This document shows positions 43,086-55,908 of a stretch of 64,000 nt of DNA, in pieces. The stretch comes from the human T2T-CHM13v2.0 reference genome, Homo sapiens. The position numbers and the translations under genes were made by a program. Numbering within the stretch: position 1 is the first letter of the stretch; each line of letters opens with the position of its first letter. Where the stretch lies: assembly GCF_009914755.1 (NCBI RefSeq), contig NC_060929.1. One strand, 5' to 3'. The notes below the pieces were generated by a model. The model made no database searches, had not been told where the DNA came from, and was given only the letters and a program-made list of their open reading frames with translations.

Positions 43086-43303
43086 ACTTACTTCTGTTTG
43101 GCAGTGTGCAAGATAGATGCCTTGACCTCTCAAACTCTTATCTCTGTGTATTTATCTCAGTTAGATAGCTGGGTTCAGTTTGGGTTCCTCCCTGCTTCTC
43201 CATGGGATGGAAGGCACCTTGAAGTACTAAGCAGGTGTAAAAAATAGTAGGGTAAGAAAAAAGAGAACAGAGTGCCAATGAGCTGCAAGATAACATCTAG
43301 CAA
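43086..43303. repeat. Composite templated insert: inverted copy of 44691-44846 fused to a direct copy of 46033-46097
   Basis: 43091-43200 is the exact reverse complement of 44732-44841, and 43253-43303 is identical to 46047-46097. Confidence 0.95.
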
Positions 43304-44202
43304 CTCATGAATGCGACTCTTCAACCTCACCCCCTAAAATGTTCTTTCCAGGTTTTCACAGCATCAATGGTAGTGATGTTGCCAAATGTTAATATATCAT
43401 GATTGGGTCTTAAGAGAGACTCTTGCATTTGTTCAGAATTTTGATTTTAAGTCATGATCTTGACCATTTGTCGTGTGAGCAGCTACATAGAAGGATTTAA
43501 GACTCTGGGTGGTATACAGTGTGTGACAGAAATTTTGAACAGACAAAAGGAGCATTAGTAACCACATGAAATGCCCATGACGCAGGAGCCACCTCCTCCA
43601 GGGATCAGCCAGGAGAAGAAATCCCAACTGTGGCTCTCTGTAGAGTTCTTGGTTATAGATATGAAGTTGTTTTACAAATTCATTATTTTTATTAATTTTT
43701 CATTATCTGAACCACTTTATTGATCTTAAATGTTCCTGAGAACTACCTGGTGACACAGGTAGAGGATTCTTCTTTGGCACAAGCCTCTTCTATAAGCAAC
43801 GATGGCATCTAGTCCTGCTGAGATTTGGACCACAGACTTTCAGTTTTTAGTTCCTCTTTAGGCAGCAGATCAATTGTTTCAGTCTTATCTCATTAAAACA
43901 GTTAATCTGTTGCCCAAAGAAGAACTAAAAACTGAAAGTCTGTGGTTGATCTCTTGCAGACATTTTAAAAACCATAGAACACAAACCTCTAATGAGGTTT
44001 TCTGTTTCCTTTATGGCTGTAAGAGATACAGCCCTTAGGGCAGCATAGCATTTTCCAATGTTTTTCAGTGATGATTGGATTGTCTAGTTTTTCACCAAAT
44101 GCTCTACCATTTCCTTTAGAAATTTAATAGTTTCTATTAAATATATATTTACCTAACTTGCCACAATCTTGTTTTCCATATCAAAAAGAAAACATTTGGA
44201 GA

Positions 44203-44562
44203 TATTATAGGCCGAATGTCTGTGTGTCTCCCAGGATGCATACGTTGAAATCCTAACCCTTAATGTGATGGTATTGGAGGTGGCTTTGGAAGGTAGTTAT
44301 GGTTATAAGAATGGGACCCTCATGAATGCAATTAGTGCCCTTACTAAAGGGAATGGAGAAACCTTGCTTGTACCTTCCACCATGTGAGGATGCAATGAGA
44401 AGATGCCATCTATGAACCAGAGAGCAGATCCTCACCAGACACTAAATCTGCTGCTTCTTTGATTTAAGACTTCCCAGCTTCCAGAACTGTAAGAAATAAA
44501 TATCTGTTGTCTAAGCCACTCAGTCTGTGGAATTTTATTCTGGCAATCCTAGCAAACTAATA
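44203..44562 (+). mobile_element. MLT1A-like solo LTR
   Basis: 'gttgaaatcctaaccc...atgtgatggtatt...gccatctatgaaccag...ccagaactgtaagaaataaa...gcaaactaata'. Confidence 0.88.
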
Positions 44563-45568
44563 TGTCTTCCTACCTTAAGCAACTACAATACTGGATAAGA
44601 CACATGAAATAACGATTTTCAACATTGTACAATAAACAGCACAGGACTATGATACATGAGAAGTGGAACACAATCCGGGTGAGCGCTACATTTGCACCTG
44701 ATTAGTACTTCAAGGCGTCTTCCAGCCCACAGAGAAGCAGGGAGGAACCCAAACTGAACCCAGCTATCTAACTGAGATAAATACACAGAGATAAGAGTTT
44801 GAGAGGTCAAGGCATCTATCTTGCACACTGCCAAACAGAAGGAAGTTTCAAAATGAGAAAGCCTCAGAGAGCTCCAGAGAAGTCTCTTCAAATTTTTAGC
44901 TGACTGCTTGTTACGCATGCAAGATAGGAACATAACCAAGGGTGGGGAAGAAACAACTGGAAAGGAATAGCCAGAACAACTCCAGGAATTCACACAGGGG
45001 TGGAATAATTTGTGTTCCCACCAGCTAGAGTGGAAAGACCTTATGAAATTTACGGCATTAAATGCAATACTTAGAATACTAGATGGGTATTGCCTTAGAG
45101 GTAAGAATAAATTAGCCTGCTATAAAGGCTGCTCTCAGGCTGTCTTTAAAAAACTTAAAACCAAGCTTCAAAAAGATGAAACTGACTCTAAGTTTACAGT
45201 GTGTAATAGAATTTGTTTTTTAAACAGGTGTATGAGTAACCTCATGAAATGCCGGTAGCCCAGGAGCCAGTTGCTCCATGGATCAGCCAGGAGAAGAAGC
45301 CCCAGCAAATGATTTTGCCACTCAAACATGGGACAAATAATTTTGTTCCAGAACAAGCTCAATAATATTTAGTAGAACACAAAAACATCTAGCACGCAAC
45401 AAGGGTAAAGCTCAAATGGCATGCATCTGATATCATTTTCCTTGTATGCAAAGAAGAATATAATGTGACCAATAACCAGAAAAATACCAATTAATAGGGA
45501 AAACAAACAGAATCTATGGATAAGATAGAACCTACTGTCAGAGCTGTCAAGTGTTCTTTCCATATTTA

Positions 45569-45948
<380 letters not shown>

Positions 45949-47898
45949 TTAACACAAGATTAGATATTACAGAAAAACCGAACTGTGAATTTAAAGACAT
46001 TGCTATGGAGACATTCACAAGGATGATTGTAGAAAAAAAAGTAGGTTAAGAAAAAAGAGAACAGAGTGCCAATGAGCTGCAAGATAACATCTAGCAATCC
46101 AAGCTAGAGAGAAGAGGGGAGGCTAAAAATAAATTTGAAGAAATTAATAGCTAAAACTTTTATAAATTTGATGAAAATCATTAGTTTAAACATCCAAGAA
46201 GCTCAACAAATGCAGAAGGAAAAGAAAATGATGGAAAACCACACCAAAGCACACCATTACAAAACTGCTGAAAACCAAATATTTTTTTAAAAAATCTTAG
46301 AAGCAGCCAAAGAAAACACACACATTCATATAAAAATAAGAATACAGAAGACATTCTTGTCATACAATATGCAAACTAGAAAACAGCAATCATTCATGCA
46401 TAAAGAGCTGAAAGAAATACTGTCAATTTAGAATTATTTACAAATAATTTCAAAATTGAAGGAAAAAACTGACTTTTAGACAAATACATCAAGATAATTT
46501 ATCACTAGAATAATTTCACTACAAGAAATATTAAATAAAGCTTTGTAATAAGAAGAAAATGGCATAAGATAGAAATTTGGATCTATGCAAAGGAACATAA
46601 AACATTGGAAATGGTAAATACAGGCATAAGTGTGAAGGACTTTTTTTTTCTCATTTTTAAATAGCACTTTAATCTCTTCAGTATAATTTAAGTATAATTG
46701 ACTGTGGAAAGCAAAAATATTAACAATTTTTAGTAAAATTTAGAGCATATGTATAAATAAAATATATGGCAAAATGGCACAAAGAATGTCAGGGGAGTTA
46801 TTTAAATATTCTGCTGTAAGAATCCCTAAACTATATAGTATAGTGTTCTTTGAAGGTAGATTGTAATAAGTTAAAAATACATTATTATAAAGTCTGACAC
46901 AATCATTAACAAATAAAAAGAGTTAGCTCAAATACCAATAATACTGATAAAGTGAAACTATATAATAATGCGAGCATTGCAAAAGAATCCAGTGCCGGGA
47001 CAATAGGAAAAAATAATCAAATTAGAACACAAATATCAGCAAGGTAGATTTAAACCTAATTATCAAGAATTACAGTAAATGTTAATGGTTGAACACTTTA
47101 AATAAAAGGCAGAGATTTTCATATTAAATGAAAACTTAGGCATGACTATAAACTTTCTACGAGAGGCTCACTTTAAGTGTAAAAACACAAATAGGTTATA
47201 AATAAATAGATGACAAATATATACCATGAAAACACTAATCAAAAAGAGATGACTATATTAATATCAGATTAGCTATATCAAAGTCAATGTACTTTTTAGA
47301 ACAAGAATTCCATTATTAAGAATGAAAAGAAACATTATTTAAGCTAGAGGTGTCAATTCAATATGAGGATATAGCAATTATGTGTATGCACCTCATAACA
47401 GAGCTTTGAAGTACAGGAAGCAAAAACAAATAGGACTGAAAAGATAAGTAAACAAATCTATAATTATAGTTGTAGAGTTCAACATTCTTTGTCAATAATT
47501 GATAGAACAAGTAGACAGAAAATGAGTATGAATATGAAGAACATGAACAATATTATCAACAAACTTGATCTTAATGATATATACAGAATATTCTACCCCA
47601 CAGCAGTATAACATGAATTCTTTCACATGCTGTGGAACAAATTCTGAGCAATAAAACAGGTATAAATAATTTTAAGAGAATAAAAATTATACCAAGTTGT
47701 ATCTCTGATCCAATTAATTACAAATAAATTATATTAATTAAAATTTTGTTTTTCTTTAATTAAACTATTAAATAATAATCAGTGACAAAAGGAAATCTGA
47801 AAAAAAAACAAAGTGTTTGAAAATTAAATAGTATGCTAATCAAAAAAATCACAACATATTAAAATTTGTGTAATATAGTTAAAGCAATGTTTTTAGTG

Positions 47899-48278
47899 TG
47901 GTATAGTTTGAATGTATATGTCCCTCAAAAATTCTTATGTTGCAATCTATTACCAAGGTGATGGTATTAGAAGGTGGGGCCTCTGAGAGGTGACTAGGCT
48001 ATAAAAACTCCACCCCGATGAATGAGATAAATGCCCTTAGAAGAGAGCTAGAGGATGCTAGGTAGGTGCTTAGGCCCTTTCATCTCTTCTGTCAGGTAAG
48101 GACACACCAACAAGGCGCCATCTTGAAAGCAAACAGCAGCCCTCACCAGATACCCAACTTTCTGGTGCCTTGATCTTGGACTTTCCAGCTTCCAGAATTG
48201 TGAGAAATGCATTTCTATGTATTTATAAATTATCCGGGCTCAGGTATTTTGCTACAGCAGCACAAACAGATTGAGATA
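47899..48278 (+). mobile_element. MSTC/MSTD-like MaLR solo LTR
   Basis: 'caaggcgccatcttgaaagc...gccctcaccaga...ccttgatcttggactttccagc...cagcagcacaaacaga'. Confidence 0.85.
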
Positions 48279-50249
48279 ATGTGCTTATATTAGAAAAAAA
48301 GAAAGGTCTCAAGTGAAGCCCTTTCTTCACTTTTCTTTCCCTTAAGTCTTCCTACTTAAAAAAGATAGAAAGGGAAAATTAAATGAAAACAAAAGTAAGC
48401 TGAGAAAAGGAATATTGGAAAAATAAATCAATGAATATATTTTTGAAGTATAAACTAGCAACACCTCTCCAGGAGAACTTGCTCTTTGAATCACAGTGAC
48501 AAGTATCTGATTCAATCATAAGTGAACATTTTGAACTTCAAAACTTGTCCAAAAATAAGTGCTCAAGTTGGAGGGGACATTAAATGAATAAAATGACTCA
48601 TCAATTATTCCCCAAGTGATCCAAAATTAACCCAGAACTGTCAGAAGGGCCACAGGGAAGTACTGAAGTTCACTTTAGGTGCATTTGGTAGGTACATTTG
48701 GAAAAGAGGATTCTCTGAGTTGCTTAACTTAAATCAAGGTTTTAATTTTCGATGGTGAATTTAATTACTCATTATATAATGGTTAACAATCTGGCATCTT
48801 TAAAAACAGGGACTGTTTGTTAGGTGTGTTGCTTGATTTCACATGAACCTATAAAACAAAATTTAAAGCTCATAGCCATTTAGCTGAAACACGTATGACT
48901 GAGAGGACTATTTGTGTTGTTTCCTTAAGTAAAATTTGGGAATTTTGGTTGTTCTCATCAGGGACTGTTTTATCCTAAAATTTATTAAATACACACATAC
49001 TTCACTTTTACAAAAGGAAGCCTCTGTTATATTTGAAAGTAACTTAATTTTGCAATTCATATATTTGAACTATTATAGGCACATATAAAAATAGAAAATA
49101 TATTTTAAGTCAATGAAAGTTATCCCATAGACCCTATCAATAAATAAATATTTTTGAAAATTCTCCAGCTCTCAACTTGCAATTGTAATTCCTAGATACT
49201 GCATGTGATCATTTATATTTCCTAGAGGCAGACTTATGATGGATTAATTCCCATAATTCATCATTTTTCTCTTCTCCCCATCTGTGTCATGCATCATTTC
49301 TACACTTGATTGCAGAACTTCTGATGCTGAATTTCAGAAAATGTATAGTTTTGTGGCTATTTGCTGTACCAGATGATTATGTGTATTGATATTTTCTTTC
49401 TCAAGACTCTCAGGGTTCTTTTTACAAAATTTGGCATTTTCACTCAACCACTTTTCTTCATATTTGGAAACTTCACACTGAGATACTTCAAAATACTGAA
49501 AGCATATTTTGAATTTCCATTTTTATAAAGATGTAATTTCTTGTTTCACCTAGGATAATCATGGATAGTTTTCTTGCAGAGAAATAGTTGGAAATATAAG
49601 TAAATGCATTTTAAAACAACTATACAATTAAAGAGTTTGTACTGTGACCTGTTGGATGAAAATCTACATGATTTGTTGCATTAGTGGAAACCTATCACGT
49701 AAACATCTTTAGATCATCTCCACCAGCTATCATGTATAAGCTTTCATTAAGGAAGAACATTTCTTTCAAACTTAGATATTAATTGACTGAATTTCCTCAA
49801 AATATTAACTTTATAATAGGGGGAAGAAGGGAGAAAGCTGGGGTGGTCCCCTACCCTCTCCTCTAGGCTGAGCATCTGGAACAGAAGTGATGCTAAAGAG
49901 GAGGGTGACAAGTGGGAGGGAGTAGGCATAGCAACTAGGATGATTTTGGCTCAAAGTAGCATAAATTGTAGTGAACTTTTGATCTAGCATATCAGCCAGT
50001 CCTAAGGAAAAGAGGCTCCTGGCAGAAGGACCCAGCTTTGCCTCTCTGCTCAGCTTCTGTTCCCATTCTTCTGGAGCCAGCATCCCTGCCTTGGCTGGCA
50101 GTAAGTAGGCAGCAGCTCCAATGTTACACTGCAACACATCCCAGAGGAAGAAAGAAACCTTCTCTTAGAAACAAGAACACTTTTCACAGGAGCCCCTCGT
50201 GGTTCACTGGCCAGAACTGATTTGCAGGTTGGACAGTAGCTGTACCAAA

Positions 50250-50667
50250 TAAAAATGCTTGACAGAAAGCTTGGCACATTCCAGTCACCTGGAATTTCAG
50301 CTGCCACTCTGGAAGACAATCGTTGTAGGCTTACACTCAGGCTGCAGCGTTCATCTCAAGCATATGCCTTTTTTTGTTTTCTTCTGCAGACTTCTCTGAA
50401 GCCTCACTCCCTTCCCCAGGAAAAATGTCAGCCAACAGGGATTCTGTAGAAAATGGACACTTGCAGGAGGCACTGGCATCTGTCTCAGCAGTCCTGGGGG
50501 AATCAAACTCTGCTACCCACATAATGAACCTTGCTGTGGGCTTTGCCATCTTCTCTGCCTCACTCTCTTCATTCCTCCCACCTGTGCAGCACAGTCATTT
50601 CCCTAATAAACTATGTGATCAAAGCCCTTGTCTCAGGCTCTCCTTAAGGGGGACTCAAGCTAAGAGG
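50250..50667 (+). mobile_element. ERVL LTR16-like fragment
   Basis: Terminus 'ccctaataaact...ccttgtctcaggctctcc...ggggactcaagctaaga'. The 5' boundary is uncertain. Confidence 0.55.
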
Positions 50668-51849
50668 TAGGGTTACCACTCACAATTCCCACTCCCATGA
50701 TGCAGGACACAGTTCAAAATGGAAGGTGGGACCCTATATGTCTTTGAGGTTTTGAAGAACTCATTAAGTTTGAATGCAGTTGAGTCAGGGCTGGAGTGGT
50801 GCCCAGGGTACACTGCCCGTCTTCAGGGGTGCTACTCACATCTATAGGACATTTTAACACCCCTTGGAATTATTCAATTTACAATCTGCATGACTGTACA
50901 CAGTGGCTTTGGAAGGACAAGGATTGGAGTGAGTCTTCTCTCCCAGGTACATTTGAATATTTGGGGCTACCCCCAGAATCCCGTCATTTCATTAGATGCT
51001 CAGTTACACATTCACTGTGAAGCCACTGAGGGTCAACTGTCTTTCTCAATAAATGACTGACTTTTTTCAGCTTTTGGTTTGGATGACTCACTTTATCACA
51101 TTAGCTGCGGATCATATCGAGTTAGAGTAAAACAGATTTCTAGAAGCACGTTAGGGTTTATGTTAACAGTAGGAAAACTACCATCTTGTATCCTCAGTGA
51201 CATTATTTGACACTAAACAATACATAGTTCATTGTATCACTTTGGAATCTTCACAGAGTCCCTTTGCCAGCAGGTGTTGGTTTTAAAGTCTTTCAGTTTG
51301 ATCATTAGGAGTCATATGTGGTTATTCGTTCTGATCAAGAAGATTCATATTTATTCTATGTTCCATGTTGATATCTTTGAACATAGCTTTTGACAAACTA
51401 TTTTGCCTTTTATGTGAGATTGCAATAGAGGATTTCGTTTTTGAGATACCAACACTGTTTATGTGTTTAGAATGCTTTGATATATCTGACCCAGCATTCA
51501 CCTCTATGGTTTAATATGTCTGCTAAACTTTTGAAAGAGACTCAGCTTAACAGCATATAGAGAAAAAATTCAATTACCCAGCATAAATGTCCAAAATTTT
51601 TCTTCCTTTCATGTATTGTATTTTCAATAATTTGCAATATTTTTGCAATAATATAACAATTTATGTTCTATATGAGTTTATCTTCAATTTGTTTCCTAGT
51701 TGTTGACAATTTTAGTGTTCCTGTCATTGTTAGTTGAGCAGACCTGATCGTTTTATATGAGAACCTAAGGGTTTAAGTGAGTTAAGTGTTTTAATAAAAA
51801 CTGAAGTAATGAGAAAAGGAAGGGAAACTCACACCAAACTGCTCTGAAT

Positions 51850-51990
51850 GTGAGACCTTCTGCCAGAACCTCACACACGTCACTGACTTTGAAACTCACA
51901 GTGCCTTTGGGAGGGAGGGACCATCACCCCTTTTGCAGATGAGGAGACTATGATGCAGAAACAGCACCTGATTTGTTGTACAACTTGATA
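51850..51990 (-). mobile_element. MIR fragment
   Basis: Antisense core 'catcaccccttttgcagatgaggagactatgatgcagaaa'. Confidence 0.65.
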
Positions 51991-53014
51991 TTGGCAAACA
52001 AAATATCAAATACATGACTCCAAAGTAATAAATGATCTAGACTTTTGGCTAGTTTCTAGATAAAAGGTCCCCTTCAAAGCAAACATGCTTTGTGGCTGAA
52101 GATTTGTAAAGTGCCACTAGAATACACATATCTATCATGTTACCAAATGTATATGACTTTTCTTTTTAAATAATAATCTTAGGCATTTAATTGAGATGAT
52201 ACATTTTTTCTAAGCAATCCAAAGAAATTCAGCGCATTATTCAACCTGTTTACATTCTCAATGGACCCAAGTCCACAAGACAGAAGCTGGAATAAGTAAG
52301 AAAAGCTATGTGAGAAAGTACACTTCTCTTCTTGTTTCTGCTATAAGTAAATAGATTGACTCTGCAGCAACAACACTGCTGTAAAGTAAACTTCCACAAA
52401 GGGAGTTGGGGAAAAATACCCTAAAACCTGAACTAGAGCATTCTTATTGGAGAAAATGTAAAGTTCTCCTGGATGAGAAAACTGTTCTTGCATTTATTTC
52501 ATAAGCTTTAAGTCAATTAATACAAACATCAATTAAACAACAAATATGTTACCATTTTGAAGAAGAGCTTAAGCAGTTTCATTTCTAATCAAAATAAAAC
52601 ATATGCATGTCTGCATTTGAGATATGCTATACTCTTAATATAATTTTCTTTATATTAAAATTTTATGGATGCAATTATTAATGCCAATAAGCAATGAAAA
52701 TATATGATGCAGCATGCTTTCACCTTTCTTGGTACTGAAAAGCTCATAGAAACTAAAGGGCAAGAAGATCAATTCTGTTCATATCATTCCTGTGGTTTCC
52801 CAGCAGATGAGATAATTGTTCATGGGGCTGGAGACTCCATTTGTCAGACACCAAGCCGCGGTATAGAAAGTGACATGCTTTAGCAAAGAATAAAGTTACC
52901 ACATTTGATTATTTTTTGCACCAGAACATGCAGATGTTCATGGTAATTACCATAAATTATCTTCATATTTATTTTTTAAAAAGTTTTAAACTTGAGCATG
53001 TGAAAAGTCAATAA

Positions 53015-53082
53015 ATATATTACACATATATGTGTATATGCATTTATGTACATGTATATATATGTTTATATATGTATGTATA
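53015..53082. repeat. Degenerate (TA/TG)n low-complexity tract
   Basis: Seen directly. Confidence 0.8.
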
Positions 53083-54003
53083 GACTAAGATAATTCTTGG
53101 TCTAAGGTTAGTTTAGGCAGACAAGGAAAGAATTATCTCCATAGTCAGTAATAGATTATATGAAGCTACCACAATATCTTCGCCAGAGTGAAGAGAAAGA
53201 AATCTAATTGCAATTCCTAATAACAGACATATCCTTGGGCCTGGGGTAGTGTCGGACAAAGCACCTTGTAACTCTCTTTCTCTGAATTTCCCAAGGCTAT
53301 CTGGGGTATGTGGTTCTTGGATCTCACAAAAACAGGCTCTGCAGCAGCACAAAACCATTGCTTAGCCTCGCAAACCAAAGGATGGAAGTGCTGCAAAAGT
53401 CAACTGGAAAGATCAGTAGGAAGAGACTGAGCCAGACCTTCTCATGCTGATCTTCTCCACCAAACACTTGCCAATGTCTATCTGCATCCATTCTGTGGAG
53501 CCAGCACCAGGGGAAGGCCAGTGAAGGAAACACTTGGCAGACATCAATGCTCAGTCATTCTTACAGAAGAAGTAGGAAGAGCAACAGCGGGCCTTTTGAA
53601 AAGAGCTTGCACAAGTGGAACTTTTTGTGACAGTTTAAGGTGTTAAAAGAAATATGATCTGCAAAGGCAAGAGCAAAACAAAGCCATAATTTGGGATTTA
53701 CTCCATCTGAATTGGTACCAACTCTCTCTGACTTCCTAGAATTACCTGGTCCACACAGCATGTCAGGATCACTCTATGTTCCGTACCTTTGTGTGGACTC
53801 AGTGTGGAGAGCTCCTTCCAATTTTCCTAAACCAAAAGCAGTGACAAGAATTAAGCAACCTAGTTTTTTTTTTTTTCAGATTAGATGTTAGAACTGAGGA
53901 ATTTCTGTGCTAGGTCATCCATAAGCTAACATTTAATTCATTTCTCTAACCTTCCAGGATTTCCTCCAGAAATTCTCATTAAAAAGAAGAATTCACATGA
54001 TTC

Positions 54004-54175
54004 ATAGCATCTAGTTTATTCATCTATTGTATTCAGGGCATCTAGTGTTTGCAGAGCATTGTGTATGCAGAGCATTCATGTTTGTAGAGAATTTAGTGTT
54101 TGCAGTTTACTTTCTCTATGCAGAGCATCTAGTATGTGCATTTGTATTTGCAAAGCGTTTGGTGTTTGCAGAATC
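54004..54175. repeat. Degenerate minisatellite, ~18-bp unit GCAGAGCATCTAGTGTTT
   Basis: Recurrent 'gcatctagt' and 'gtgtttgcag' or 'tatgcagagcat' blocks. Confidence 0.75.
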
Positions 54176-54224
54176 TTTAAGATATTGTGTTAAGTGTTCT
54201 TATAAAAAATAACAATAAGAAATA

Positions 54225-54385
54225 AAAAGGGCAGAGGAAAACTTTTGGAGTGATGTTTTTGGTATTGATTCTGGTGATGGTTTCATAGGTGTACACTCAT
54301 ATCAAAACACTTAAAGTTTTACATATTAGGTATGTACAGCTTTTTATATGTCAATTATATGTTAATAATTTCTTTTTTAAAAAAA
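54225..54385 (+). mobile_element. Old L1M 3'-end fragment
   Basis: 'aacttttggagtgatg...ggtgatggtttcataggtgtacac...tatgtcaattata'. Confidence 0.75.
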
Positions 54386-54760
54386 GAACATTTAATATTT
54401 ATAAAAGAACTTTCAATCTTAATGTGTCCTGACTCCAGACTCCTAGCTCTGGAATGTGGGCTGAGAGTAAGGAGCAGGCTCCTCACCATGTCTATCTTTC
54501 CACTCTCCAACCCTGCACTGGGTGTTAAACACGTGGGCATGCTCTGCGTGGAAGGGCTTTTTGTTTTTGGAGTGATCACACCATACAGGAGGCAGATGTG
54601 GTGCTCCATTCTGTATGTGCACAGATAATGGGATGCATGACAATGAAGAAAATGCTATACTCACAATGCAGGATGGATCTTCCTGTGCAGGAGAAACTAG
54701 ATAAAACTCTTCACATAGGCACACAAACACTGGGAACATATAGAAGAAAAACATTTATAT

Positions 54761-55050
54761 GGACTAGGTGTGGTGGCTAACGCCTGTAATTCCAACAATT
54801 TGGGAGACTGACGTGGGCAGATCACCTGAGGTCAGGAGTTCGAGATCAGCCTGGTCAACATGGCAAAACCCTGTCTCTATAAAAAATACAAAAATTAGCA
54901 GTGCGTGTTGGTGCACACCTGTAATTCCAGCTACTCAGGAGACTGAGGCACAAGAATTGCTTGAACCTGGAAAGCAGAGGTTGCAGTGAGTCAAGATCAT
55001 GCCATTGCACTCCAGCCTGGGCGATAGAATGAGACTCTGTCTCAAAAAAC
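54761..55050 (+). mobile_element. AluS (Sx/Sz-like)
   Basis: Full dimer. TSD aaaaacatttatat / aaaaacagttatat. Confidence 0.93.
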
Positions 55051-55107
55051 AAAAACAGTTATATGAAGCATGGATCTTCTATACATACAAAATAAAAAAC
55101 AAAGTGG

Positions 55108-55438
55108 GGCCAGGTGCAGTGGCTCACGCCTGTAATCCCAGCACTTTGGGAGGCCGAGGCAGGCAGATTGCTTGAGGTCAGGAGTTTGAGAACAGCCTGG
55201 CCAACATGGCAATACCCTCTCTCTCCAGAAAATACAAAAATTAGCCAGGTGTGGTGTTGCACACCTGTAATTCCAGCTACTCGGGAGGCTGAGTCACTAG
55301 AATTGCTTGAAGCTGGAAGGCAGAGGTTGCAGCGAGCCGGGTTCATGCCACTGCACTCCAGCCTAGATGACAGAGTGAGGCCCTGTCTCAACAACAACAA
55401 AAAAAAAAAAAAAAAAGAAAAAAAAAAGAAAAAAAAAA
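55108..55438 (+). mobile_element. AluS/J with a long A-rich tail
   Basis: Full dimer flanked by aaagtgg on both sides. Confidence 0.92.
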
Positions 55439-55600
55439 GTGGCATTAGAACTATTGAGTCAACAAATAAAGTATTCTCTCTCTCTCTTGCCCCTGACCCA
55501 GGTAGATAGATAGATACATACATACATATATAACATATTTCTATTGTTTAAAGAAAAAGTAAACCATGAGATTTTTGAAAAAAGACCCATCCTATGTATT

Positions 55601-55908
55601 ACAGATTATCTCTTATCTGGAACTCTTGGGACCAAAAATATTTGCATGTATATAATAATGAAAAATCTTGGGAATAGAACTCAACTCTAAACAGGAAATT
55701 TATTTATGTTTCATATATACCTTATACACATAGTCTGAAGATAATTTTATGCAATATTTTAAAATAATTTTGTGCATGAAACAAAAGTTTGTGAACATGA
55801 GATCAGATGTGGAATTTTACACTTCTTGACATGATGTTGGTGCTCAAAAAGTTTTCTATTTTGAATAATTTCAGATTTTGTATTTTTAGGTTAGGGATGC
55901 TAAACGTG
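55601..55908. mobile_element. Tigger4/MER46-like TcMar DNA transposon deletion derivative
   Basis: 'cttgggacca', 'ttatgtttcatatataccttatacacatag' and terminus 'ttagggatgctaaacgtg', flanked by TA. Confidence 0.8.

Noticed and set aside
55059-55523. Alu-derived ORFs (also 19980, 40327, 54768, 59094, 62932)
   Set aside because: Standard Alu translation artefacts. The poly-Leu run is the (AAT)n tail.
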